Shown here in pieces: positions 1-7,624 of a DNA stretch of 32,000 bases (position 1 is its first letter; every line of letters begins with the position of its first letter). The stretch comes from an uncultured Opitutales bacterium (GTDB lineage Bacteria > Verrucomicrobiota > Verrucomicrobiia > Opitutales > Intestinicryptomonadaceae). Where the stretch lies: assembly GCA_934660865.1 (NCBI GenBank), contig CAKUIA010000003.1:89703-121702 (forward strand), given 5' to 3'. A model generated the notes under the pieces. The model saw only the letters and a program-made list of their open reading frames with translations. It did no database searches and was not told where the DNA came from. Position numbers and translations under genes: made by a program.

Positions 1-1
1 G

Positions 2-736
2 AAAAACACAACGCTTTTAAACGCCTTGTCGCAAGAGCAGGGCAAAGAAACCGCAAAATCGGTTAAGTTTGCCGACAGTATATACGAGCTTTCCGAAACC
101 CTTAAAGTGGCCAGCGGCGAGTTTAATTTGCGCTCGAAAGAGGCCCTTAAATTTGCAAGAACACACGCCGACAACCTAAAGCTGTTTAAAGAGCGTGCGG
201 TTAAATTGAAAGACTTGGGCGTTGGTTTGGCGTCTAGGTTTGCGCTGGCGAGGGAAATTTTGGACAACCTCGACTACCAATTAAAATATTTGTCGGAGTC
301 GGGCAGCGGCATAAAAATGCTGGCTTCAAACGCAAAGTTATACGCCCAAGCCCTAAACGTTAAAGACGAATTTAGCGCGGCCGGCTTTTCCGAAAAAACG
401 CAGCAAACCGCCGATTTTACCGAAGTTCTGCTCGCGCAAATGGGCGGCAAAATTTCGGCATCGGCGGCCGATATGCGCGAATTTTTGCTGTCTATAGACA
501 AATCGGTATACGCAATAGACCTTATTTTAGACAGAATAAACCTTATTACAGAGCGCATTGCCCTGCAGGAGTCGCGCTTCGGCGAAATATCGCGTAGCGC
601 AATTTCGCAGTCGGAGGAGGCCGTGCAAACCATAGGCGTTATAACCGAGCTTTCGCAAAGCGTTTTCAATATAAAAGACGGCGTTGCCTCTTTCGAAAAA
701 TTCCTGTTCGAGCTTGGCGTTTTGCTTAAAAAGTAG
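2..736 (+). CDS. hypothetical alpha-helical protein, 3' part (5' end runs off the window); weak resemblance to the signalling hairpin of methyl-accepting chemotaxis proteins
   Basis: Frame 2 is open from nt 2, with no stop before the TTG at 26 used by the ORF track, so the gene is probably cut by the window edge. IKMLASNAKLYAQAL...AAGFSEKTQQTADF loosely recalls the MCP tip motif NLLALNAAIEAARAGE..GFAVVADEVRKLA but is strongly degenerate. Confidence 0.4.
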   Translation, partial: KNTTLLNALSQEQGKETAKSVKFADSIYELSETLKVASGEFNLRSKEALKFARTHADNLKLFKERAVKLKDLGVGLASRFALAREILDNLDYQLKYLSESGSGIKMLASNAKLYAQALNVKDEFSAAGFSEKTQQTADFTEVLLAQMGGKISASAADMREFLLSIDKSVYAIDLILDRINLITERIALQESRFGEISRSAISQSEEAVQTIGVITELSQSVFNIKDGVASFEKFLFELGVLLKK

Positions 737-801
737 CAAAGTGCCGCTATGTTTTTAGTTTTGCCGCCGAAAATATTTTTGACAAAATTTTTGGTAATAC
801 G

Positions 802-1634
802 ATGCACTATGGCTATATGAAAAATTTTTGTTTTGCAGTAGTTGCAGTGTTTTTTAGCGCAGTTTCGTTTGCGCAAATTCGCGTACATTCGCATAGGGGC
901 GAAAGCGACTTTGCCCCGCAAAATACGGTAGAGGCAATAAAACTTGCCTACGATATGGGCAGCGAAATGATAGAAACCGACTTTTGGCTTACCAAAGAGG
1001 GCACTTTTGTTTGCGTGCACACCCAAAAAGAGCTTAAGCAATTTTGGGGCATAGACAAAAGCCCGGAACTGCTTACAAATGAAGAAATCAAGAATGCGCG
1101 TTTGGTAAACCCCTCGGCTTACGACAAAAAATACGCAAACTGCAAATTGCCAACATTAAAGGACGTGCTGGCTGTAATACCCAAAAACAGGAGTTTCGAG
1201 CTTGAAATAAAACACTACGGCAAAGATTTTGCCGACAAGGTTGAAGCTGGCGCATAGAGGCGGGGCTTGATTATTGGAATATTTTAATAACCTGTTTCGA
1301 CCCCGCTGTAATTAGGGATTTTAAGCAGAAATATCCCGAATATAAAACGCAGCTTATAATAAGCTATAACCCGAAAACCGACACAATAAACAACTTGGTG
1401 CGCCGCGCAAAGCATGCCGAGGCTTCCGAAATTGCCATAGGCAACTACCGCAAAATAGACGCCGCCTACGTTAAGCGCCTGCACGACGAAGGCTTTAAAG
1501 TTGGTTTTTGGCAGGTGGAAAATTTAAACGACCTGGCCTACGCCGCCAAATTGGGTGCAGACCGCGTTTGTTCCAACCACGCCTACCGCCTGCGCGAAGA
1601 CTTTAAACTAATAAAATCGCTAGATTTTAAGTAA
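802..1634 (+). pseudogene. glycerophosphodiester phosphodiesterase (GDPD family), interrupted by a frameshift
   Basis: N-terminal ORF 802-1257 has a signal peptide and the GDPD motif HSHRGES..APQNT..A..MGSEMIETDFWLTKEG..VCVH. My translation of the other frame from 1245 gives ...GLDYWNILITCFDPAVIRDFKQKYPE...GFKVGFWQVEN...GADRVCSNHA, the middle and C-terminus of the same family. The frames switch at about 1243-1256 (TAG at 1255-1257 in the first frame, TGA at 1242-1244 in the second). Confidence 0.75.
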
Positions 1635-1650
1635 AAAACAAAGGCGTTTT

Positions 1651-2649
1651 TTAGTTGAAAAACTTTTCGGCTTCAAAGCGCGAGATGTTGCGCATATTTA
1701 TGTAGCGGCTTTTTAAAAGCATTTGGTTGCTGTGCCCCATATTTAGCTGCAGGCGCGGCAGGTCTTTAAAACGCTTTGCAAAAAAGCTGGCGTAGGTGTG
1801 GCGCAAAACGTCTTGCACCCAGCAGCCGCCAAAGCCCGAGTTGTTGCGTATTTTTTGCCAACGGCGCTGCCAGTTTACAGGGCATATCTTTTGCTGGGGT
1901 TTAGGGTTATAGCTTAGTAAAATGCGCTTTAGTTGCGGCATAATTTCTACTTGGCGCACCCCGCCTGTTTTGGAACACAGCGAGCGCACCGTTATTGTGT
2001 TTTCCTGCAAATCAATATCTTGCCAAGTTAAACGCCTAACTTCGCGCGGGCGAATACCCGCAAAGACCAACAGGGCAACGGCAGGCAAATATATGCCGTT
2101 GTTCTCTTTTTTTGCATTGGCTATAATCTTTTTAATTTCAAACAGCTTTAGTGGCAAAATTTCTTTTTCTATTACCTTTTTTCTTAAAATTTGCTTAATG
2201 GGGTTTTTGTCGCACCACTCGCGCCTTAGGGCAAATTCAAACAACCCGTGCAGCATAGCGCGCCCTTTGTTGTATTGGCTTGGGGTGTTAAACGCGCAAT
2301 TTAGCCACTCTTCGCATTCCGATACACTAAGCTCCGAAAAATTGCGCTTTGCAAATTCGGGTTTAAATTTCATCAACTTGTTGCCCAAATATTTAATGTC
2401 GCTAAACGAAGCTTTGCGCAAATCTTGCTTAGTCTGCAAATAAATATCAAAACCTTTGGCGATAGGCATTTCGTTTTGCCTAAAGTTATTTTTGCCAAAT
2501 TCAATTACTTTGGCGCAAAACTGAAGGGTAGTAAGTTTGGATTTTTTTGGCATAAAATCTGCAATATTGCAAATAAGCCTAGCTGCGTCTAAAATGCTAA
2601 TGTTTTTGCCCTTTAAAAGAGCCATCGCCGATATCAATTCTTTGTTCAT
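1651..2649 (-). CDS. tyrosine site-specific recombinase (phage integrase family)
   Basis: 332 aa. Box I-like AGIRPREVRRLTWQDIDL. Box II-like VLRHTYASFF...LQLNMGHSNQMLLKSRYINM, giving the R..H-x-x-R..H..Y catalytic pattern. The start codon overlaps the left inverted repeat. Confidence 0.9.
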   Translation of the reverse strand: MNKELISAMALLKGKNISILDAARLICNIADFMPKKSKLTTLQFCAKVIEFGKNNFRQNEMPIAKGFDIYLQTKQDLRKASFSDIKYLGNKLMKFKPEFAKRNFSELSVSECEEWLNCAFNTPSQYNKGRAMLHGLFEFALRREWCDKNPIKQILRKKVIEKEILPLKLFEIKKIIANAKKENNGIYLPAVALLVFAGIRPREVRRLTWQDIDLQENTITVRSLCSKTGGVRQVEIMPQLKRILLSYNPKPQQKICPVNWQRRWQKIRNNSGFGGCWVQDVLRHTYASFFAKRFKDLPRLQLNMGHSNQMLLKSRYINMRNISRFEAEKFFN

Positions 2650-2666
2650 GGTATTTAGAATACCAT
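2648..2666. repeat. left inverted repeat ATGGTATTTAGAATACCAT (candidate recombinase core site)
   Basis: Exact reverse complement of 2826-2844 (19/19). Internally palindromic arms ATGGTATT/AATACCAT sit around an asymmetric centre. Confidence 0.9.
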
Positions 2667-2825
2667 TGTCAACCCATTTATTCTAATAATAGCTCGAAAA
2701 TCTTTATTGCACATAAACTTTTTTGATTATGGCAAATTTTAACAATGCAAAAGTTTGGCGTATACGTTTTATTTGCATATTGTTAACATCTTAATTTTCA
2801 TATTGTTGATGATGGATACGCTGTT

Positions 2826-2844
2826 ATGGTATTCTAAATACCAT
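2826..2844. repeat. right inverted repeat ATGGTATTCTAAATACCAT (candidate recombinase core site)
   Basis: Exact reverse complement of 2648-2666. Lies 57 nt upstream of the ATG at 2902. Confidence 0.9.
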
Positions 2845-2901
2845 ACTCCTTTATTAGTAAAATCTATATGATTTTGTTTAACAAAAAACAATAAAGGAAA
2901 A

Positions 2902-3585
2902 ATGAAAGCTATAAGTATCAAAAAAATGTCCAAGGCGCTGTGCCTGTTGGCAACGGTGTTTTTAACCGCATATTTATCGGGTTGCGCAAGCGACGGCAGA
3001 AACCAAAAATATGTTCCCTGGAATATGGAAACATCTACTCCCGTAGTCGAACCCGAAATATCCAGCGTTCAAACCAAAATGTCCAAAAAATCAAACTATT
3101 GGTCGTTCCTGTATTTGTTCGGCGTATACGAAGTAGACGAAAAATATGCGGGTTTTGACATACTGTATTTCCTGGATTTTACAAAAAACTACAATATCAA
3201 CAATGTTGCCTACGAAAACGAAGGCTCTATACTCGACTTCGATTTTATTCCCTCGCGCAGCAACCGCCTAAAGAAATTGACTCTCGGCGAAATGGCAATG
3301 AAATCGCGTTCGGATATAATTATGTCTCCCATGTACAAAGTTGAATCTAACGACTGGTTCTTGTTCCAAAGCTCCGACTGCAAGGCATCGTGCTACGGCG
3401 GAAGGCTTCACGGCTTTAAGGTTAAAGGACAAGGTTATAAAGACGCTTTAATGCCGTCGGACAAGCCCGTTAACACTCCCATTTTGGTAAAGGGCAACAA
3501 TTCCTCCAATTCCACCTCTACATCGTCGGACACAATGTCGGTGGTAAAAGACAGCGTAGGCGCGGTGGTAAATAGCGTTTTATAG
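2902..3585 (+). CDS. hypothetical lipoprotein
   Basis: 227 aa. Signal peptide ending in the canonical lipobox LSGC (..TAYLSGCASDG). RBS AAAGGA upstream of the ATG. Ser/Thr/Asn-rich C-terminus. No family recognised. Confidence 0.8.
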   Translation: MKAISIKKMSKALCLLATVFLTAYLSGCASDGRNQKYVPWNMETSTPVVEPEISSVQTKMSKKSNYWSFLYLFGVYEVDEKYAGFDILYFLDFTKNYNINNVAYENEGSILDFDFIPSRSNRLKKLTLGEMAMKSRSDIIMSPMYKVESNDWFLFQSSDCKASCYGGRLHGFKVKGQGYKDALMPSDKPVNTPILVKGNNSSNSTSTSSDTMSVVKDSVGAVVNSVL

Positions 3586-3610
3586 TCTGTAAAGTAAAAG
3601 CAAAAAACAA

Positions 3611-3646
3611 AAGACGGCATATTAAATATGCCGTCTTTCTTTTTTT
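3611..3646. terminator. rho-independent terminator, bidirectional, between convergent genes
   Basis: Perfect 12-bp stem AAGACGGCATAT/ATATGCCGTCTT with a 3-nt loop, followed by TCTTTTTTT. An A-run lies upstream for the opposite strand. Confidence 0.7.
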
Positions 3647-3660
3647 ACATAGGTTTAATT

Positions 3661-4026
3661 TTACTTTGCCGATTTGGGGATAGCGGCGGGAATGTCGATG
3701 TTTTGTACGGTGTCGCGCTTAATGCGGCTTAGCCTGTGGCGGCGGCGGATTTTGCGGGCAAGCATTACCGCCAGCTCGTCTATAGACTTGTACATATCGT
3801 TCGACTGCGCGCTTACTATCATATCGGGGCCGTTTATTTCTATGCGCCCCTTGGCTATAAATTCGTTCTCTTTGCGTTTGTTCGGGCTATACTCGAGATC
3901 TATCCTCAGTCTGATGATTTTGTCTTCGTGAGTGAATATCTTGGACATCTTGTTTATCACGTCGTCTTTCAGTGCTTGCGTGAGTTCAAGATTATTGCCC
4001 GAGATTATGATTTCGTTATTGTTCAT
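3661..4026 (-). CDS. hpf: ribosome hibernation promoting factor / RaiA family (sigma-54 modulation protein family)
   Basis: 121 aa. Family-typical pattern ISGNNLELTQALKDDVINKMSKI...IRLRIDL...FIAKGRIEINGPDMIVSAQSNDMYKSIDELAVMLARKIRR. Confidence 0.85.
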   Translation of the reverse strand: MNNNEIIISGNNLELTQALKDDVINKMSKIFTHEDKIIRLRIDLEYSPNKRKENEFIAKGRIEINGPDMIVSAQSNDMYKSIDELAVMLARKIRRRHRLSRIKRDTVQNIDIPAAIPKSAK

Positions 4027-4079
4027 TTATTCCCTTTCTATTATTATTTGCAGGTGAAATTTTAAAAAAATTATTTATC

Positions 4080-4892
4080 ATGAATTCGCTTAAACAAAAA
4101 CTACAACAATACGGAGCCGCCGTGATTACCGGCGCAAGTTCTGGAATTGGCAAGGCTCTCGTTGAATCCATAGCCGAAATGGTAGATGAAAACTTTTTTA
4201 TTTGCAACATTTCTCGTACTAAATCGGATATTTTCTTCGACAACAAAACCTTTATAAATGTTCCCGCAAATTTAACGAATATTTGCGAAATAGACGCAAC
4301 TTTCTTATACTTAGAAGAAAACGTTTTTAAAAAACTTAAAAAGGGCCGAAAAATTTTGCTGATAAATAATTCGGGCTTTGGCGCATACGGAGAATTTCCC
4401 GCTCCGAATGCGGCGCGCAATGCCGAAATGATAGACCTAAACGTTAGGGCGCTGACATATATGTGCGGCAAATTTTTGCCCCTTTTAAAGGAAAAGGGCG
4501 GGGCAATTATAAACATTGCAAGCACCGCCTCCTTTCAGCCGTGCCCGTATTTGTCGGTATATGCCGCAACAAAGGCGTATGTAAGCAGCTTTTCGCAGTC
4601 GCTTAGCTACGAGCTTAGGGGCAAAAACGTAGAGGTTTTGTGCATATGCCCGGGGCCTACGGCCACAAATTTCTACAAAAACGCGGGCTTTAGCGAAAGG
4701 CCGTTGCCGAATTCGTACGGGCATACGGCAAAAGAGGTTGCCGAACAAACGCTAAACGCCTTTGCGCGCGGCAAAAGTTTTTACGTTGTGGGCTTTATAA
4801 ACCGTTTGGGCGCATTTTTGGCGTCTAAAATGCCGAGAGCTGCCATATTGAAAATTTCGGGTTTGATATTGTCGAAAATTCGTATAAAGTAG
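4080..4892 (+). CDS. short-chain dehydrogenase/reductase (SDR family)
   Basis: 270 aa. Cofactor motif TGASSGIGKAL and catalytic YAATKAYV (YxxxK), with NNSG upstream. Confidence 0.85.
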   Translation: MNSLKQKLQQYGAAVITGASSGIGKALVESIAEMVDENFFICNISRTKSDIFFDNKTFINVPANLTNICEIDATFLYLEENVFKKLKKGRKILLINNSGFGAYGEFPAPNAARNAEMIDLNVRALTYMCGKFLPLLKEKGGAIINIASTASFQPCPYLSVYAATKAYVSSFSQSLSYELRGKNVEVLCICPGPTATNFYKNAGFSERPLPNSYGHTAKEVAEQTLNAFARGKSFYVVGFINRLGAFLASKMPRAAILKISGLILSKIRIK

Positions 4893-5021
4893 GCGCCGTA
4901 ATTTTTTATGAAAATATTCAGAAAAGAGGCAAAAAAGGCGCATATCGTTATGTGGGTTGTCTACATGGCAATATTGTCGTATTTTTTGTACTACACACTA
5001 ACACACTGCTAATACATTAAA

Positions 5022-6014
5022 ATGAAAACTTTTGAAAAGGCCGCGGTTATCGGCGCGGGAGCTTGGGGAACGTCGCTTTCCATAATACTGTCTAAAAACC
5101 TGAAAAACGTTTCGGTTTGGGCAAGAGAGCCAGAAGTTGTGGCCTCGGTAAACGAAAGGCGCTGCAACGAGCGCTTTTTGCCCGACATTAAAATTCCGCA
5201 AAATGTGGCCTTTACGGGCAACGCCGCCGAGGCTTTAAAAGACGCCGACATTGTCGTTTGGGGCGTTCCCATTCAATTTTTGTCGAAAGTTGCCGAAGAA
5301 TTTTCGCCCTACATTAAAGAGGGTTCCATTCACATAAACGCGGGCAAGGGCATAGAAATTGGCACTTGGAAACGCCCGTCGCAAATTTTAAAGGAAAAGC
5401 TTGCAAAGGGCCATTCCTTCGGCTCGATAATGGGCCCGAACATTGCGTTTGAAGTTGCGCGCGGCAGCTACGCCGAGGCCGTTATTGCCCTAAGCGATTT
5501 TTCCGACGCGAAAGACGCCGCGGCGGTGTTCTCGACAAGCACGTTTAATGTGCGCCCGTCCAACGACGTTGTGGGTGTGGAAATTGGCGCGGCTTTAAAG
5601 AACATTGTAGCCTTGGCCGCGGGTTTTTGCGACGGTATGAAGCTTGGCGCAAACACAAAGGCCATAATTATGGCGAGGGGCTTTCAGGAAATTTACAGAG
5701 CCGCAGCCGCCCTCGGTGCATGGAGCGAATCTTTCATAAAAGAATCCGCCATACTTGGCGACGTGCTTACAACCTGCATGAGCCCCGATTCGCGCAACCG
5801 TTCTACGGGCGAAAGAATGGGCATGGGCTACAGCGCCGCCGAAGCCGTGAAAATGCTTAACGGGCGCGTGTGCGCCGGGCTGGAAACCATACAAATCTGC
5901 AAAATGTTCGAGTCGGTTTACGGCGTAGAGCTTCGCATTATGGGCAGCCTTTGCATGCTGTCGGAGGGTAAAATTTCGCGCGAAGACTGCCTAAAAAGAA
6001 TGCTGGGCGCCTAG
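5022..6014 (+). CDS. gpsA: NAD(P)H-dependent glycerol-3-phosphate dehydrogenase
   Basis: 330 aa. N-terminal Rossmann motif VIGAGAWGTSLS and conserved GVEIGAALKNIVALAAG block. Length is typical for GpsA. Confidence 0.9.
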   Translation: MKTFEKAAVIGAGAWGTSLSIILSKNLKNVSVWAREPEVVASVNERRCNERFLPDIKIPQNVAFTGNAAEALKDADIVVWGVPIQFLSKVAEEFSPYIKEGSIHINAGKGIEIGTWKRPSQILKEKLAKGHSFGSIMGPNIAFEVARGSYAEAVIALSDFSDAKDAAAVFSTSTFNVRPSNDVVGVEIGAALKNIVALAAGFCDGMKLGANTKAIIMARGFQEIYRAAAALGAWSESFIKESAILGDVLTTCMSPDSRNRSTGERMGMGYSAAEAVKMLNGRVCAGLETIQICKMFESVYGVELRIMGSLCMLSEGKISREDCLKRMLGA

Positions 6015-6048
6015 CGCATTAAAGGGCAGCTTTTAAAACCGCAAAAAA

Positions 6049-6084
6049 ATGCCGCACAAAAAAAGTGCGGCATTTTTGCTTTTT
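6049..6084. terminator. rho-independent terminator, bidirectional
   Basis: Stem ATGCCGCAC/GTGCGGCAT with an A7 loop, followed by TTTTGCTTTTT. An A-run lies upstream. Sits between convergent gpsA and the ymdB-like gene. Confidence 0.7.
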
Positions 6085-6101
6085 ATTTGCGGCTAAAATT
6101 T

Positions 6102-6908
6102 TTATCCTGTAGCCTTTTGTCCGCTTTCGAACGATGGCGTTATAAAGGGCGCAATTTTAACCGCCTTTTTTGTGGATTCATCTATGTCTATTATGCAGGC
6201 GCAAATGCGCGGGTCGTCTTCCGCCATAATAAAATTGCGGGGGCGGCCGTCTAAAAACTTTTTAAGTATCGGTTCTACGGCCCGTCCCAAACACGATTTC
6301 CACGGGCCCGTCATTCCAGCGTCGGTCATAAAGGCGGTGCCCTGGTCTAAAATGCGGCAGTCGTTTGTGGGAATGTGCGTATGCGTGCCCACAACCGCCT
6401 GCACGCGCCCGTTTAGATACCAGCCCATTGTGATTTTTTCGGAACTGGTTTCCGCGTGGAAATCCAAAAACATAATGTCGCACTTGTCCTTTAGCTCGTC
6501 GTAAACCCTGTCGGCGCACTTAAATGGGCAGTCGGCCTTAAGCTTCATCAAAGTTTGCCCCAAAAGGCAAAATATGCCGATTTTCAGCGAATTTTTTTCG
6601 ATAACAATGTACTCTTTGCCAGGGTTGCCCTGCGGTATGTTCGCGGGTCTGCAAAGGTTGTCTATTGTGTCTATTTCCGACTCCAAACAGCGCTGGTCCC
6701 ACAGGTGGTCGCCCAAAGTTATGGCGTCTATACCGTAGCGGAAAAGCTCTTGCGCCATATTTTTGGTAATGCCGTTGCCGCCGGCGGAATTTTCGCCGTT
6801 GGCAATGCACAAGTCTATTTTGTTGTCGGCAATAATGCCCGGCAATAGCTCGGACAAAATTTTGCGCCCGGGCTTGCCGACAATGTCTCCGATAAAGAGA
6901 ATTCGCAT
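6102..6908 (-). CDS. ymdB: YmdB-like metallophosphoesterase (TIGR00282-type)
   Basis: MRILFIGDIVGKPGR...ANGENSAGGNGIT...LGDHLWD...GTHTHIPT motifs. I prefer the ATG at 6908 (MRILF...), whose A is shared with the adk stop codon (TAATG), over the track start at 6932. Confidence 0.8.
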   Translation of the reverse strand: MRILFIGDIVGKPGRKILSELLPGIIADNKIDLCIANGENSAGGNGITKNMAQELFRYGIDAITLGDHLWDQRCLESEIDTIDNLCRPANIPQGNPGKEYIVIEKNSLKIGIFCLLGQTLMKLKADCPFKCADRVYDELKDKCDIMFLDFHAETSSEKITMGWYLNGRVQAVVGTHTHIPTNDCRILDQGTAFMTDAGMTGPWKSCLGRAVEPILKKFLDGRPRNFIMAEDDPRICACIIDIDESTKKAVKIAPFITPSFESGQKATG

Positions 6909-7573
6909 TATATAAACTTCAATTCGGCGCAAACGCCCTTAACGTATTCTTTTATGTTCGATACGTCGGCGTCGCCCGAAAGGGTGAAAAGTTTGCCCTG
7001 CTTCTTGTAGAAATCTACAAGGGGCTTTGTGGTTTTTTCGAAAACCGCCAAACGCTTTTTAATGGTTTCGGGGTTGTCGTCGTCGCGCACATAAAGGGGT
7101 GCGCCGCATTTGTCGCAAACATCTTCCTTCGCGGGCGGATTATATTTTACATGGTAGGGTGTTTGGCACTTTGTGCAAATCATTCTGCCTGTAAGTCTTT
7201 CCAAAATAAGGTCTTCAGAAACGTCTATATAAATTACGTTTGTAATGGCCCTGTTCATTTCCTTCAGCATTTTTTCGAGAAGGTCGGCCTGCGGCAAAGT
7301 TCTGGGGAAACCGTCCAGTATGAAGCCTTTTTTGCAGTCGTCTTTTTGAAGGCGGTCTTTTACCATCGAGGCGGTAAGTTCGTCGGGTACAAGCTCGCCC
7401 TTATCCATATAGGCTTTGGCCTTGTTGCCAAGTTCGGTTCCGTTCTTCAAGTTTTCCCTGAAAATATCGCCAGTTGCAACTTGCGGAATGTTCAAGATTT
7501 CGCTCATAGCGGAGGCTCTTGTGCCTTTGCCGCTTCCGGGCGCGCCCAAAAATATGATGTTTAACTCTTTCAT
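6908..7573 (-). CDS. adk: adenylate kinase (long form with zinc-ribbon lid)
   Basis: 221 aa. P-loop GAPGSGKGTRA, ATGDIFR, GFILDGFPRT, and a lid with CTKC...CDKC. Confidence 0.95.
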   Translation of the reverse strand: MKELNIIFLGAPGSGKGTRASAMSEILNIPQVATGDIFRENLKNGTELGNKAKAYMDKGELVPDELTASMVKDRLQKDDCKKGFILDGFPRTLPQADLLEKMLKEMNRAITNVIYIDVSEDLILERLTGRMICTKCQTPYHVKYNPPAKEDVCDKCGAPLYVRDDDNPETIKKRLAVFEKTTKPLVDFYKKQGKLFTLSGDADVSNIKEYVKGVCAELKFI

Positions 7574-7624
7574 CTAAGTAAAAATAGTTTGTAAATTTCC
7601 GATTAGTTTTCAAGTATATTCGCA

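Larger units (their letters stand above)
2648..2844. promoter_or_regulatory. candidate invertible DNA segment (159 bp between 19-bp inverted repeats), possibly a phase-variable promoter
   Basis: Inverted-repeat pair, adjacent tyrosine recombinase and downstream lipoprotein gene. A weak rightward sigma70-like promoter TTGGCG(2755-2760)-17 nt-TATTGT(2778-2783) lies inside the segment. Inversion itself cannot be seen in a single sequence. Confidence 0.4.

Noticed and set aside
274-1041. 255-aa ORF on the minus strand
   Set aside because: It lies antisense to the first CDS and to the GDPD start. Its composition is Cys/Arg/Ser/Phe-rich with no motifs. It is a shadow ORF.
1922-2443. 173-aa ORF on the plus strand
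   Set aside because: It lies entirely antisense to the well-supported tyrosine recombinase gene and has no motifs.
1633-3611. Shared AAAAAACAAA at 1633-1642 and 3602-3611 as possible att direct repeats bounding a recombinase-lipoprotein islet
   Set aside because: The repeat is only 10 nt and is low-complexity A-rich sequence. Both copies lie inside terminator-like or intergenic A-runs. This is too weak to call.
4016-4525. 169-aa ORF on the minus strand
   Set aside because: It is antisense to the SDR gene, which has clear TGxxxGxG and YxxxK motifs.
4908-5012. 34-aa ORF MKIFRKEAKKAHIVMWVVYMAILSYFLYYTLTHC between the SDR gene and gpsA
   Set aside because: It looks like a small TM peptide but has no recognisable RBS or promoter. 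It is short enough to arise by chance, so it is not reported as a feature.
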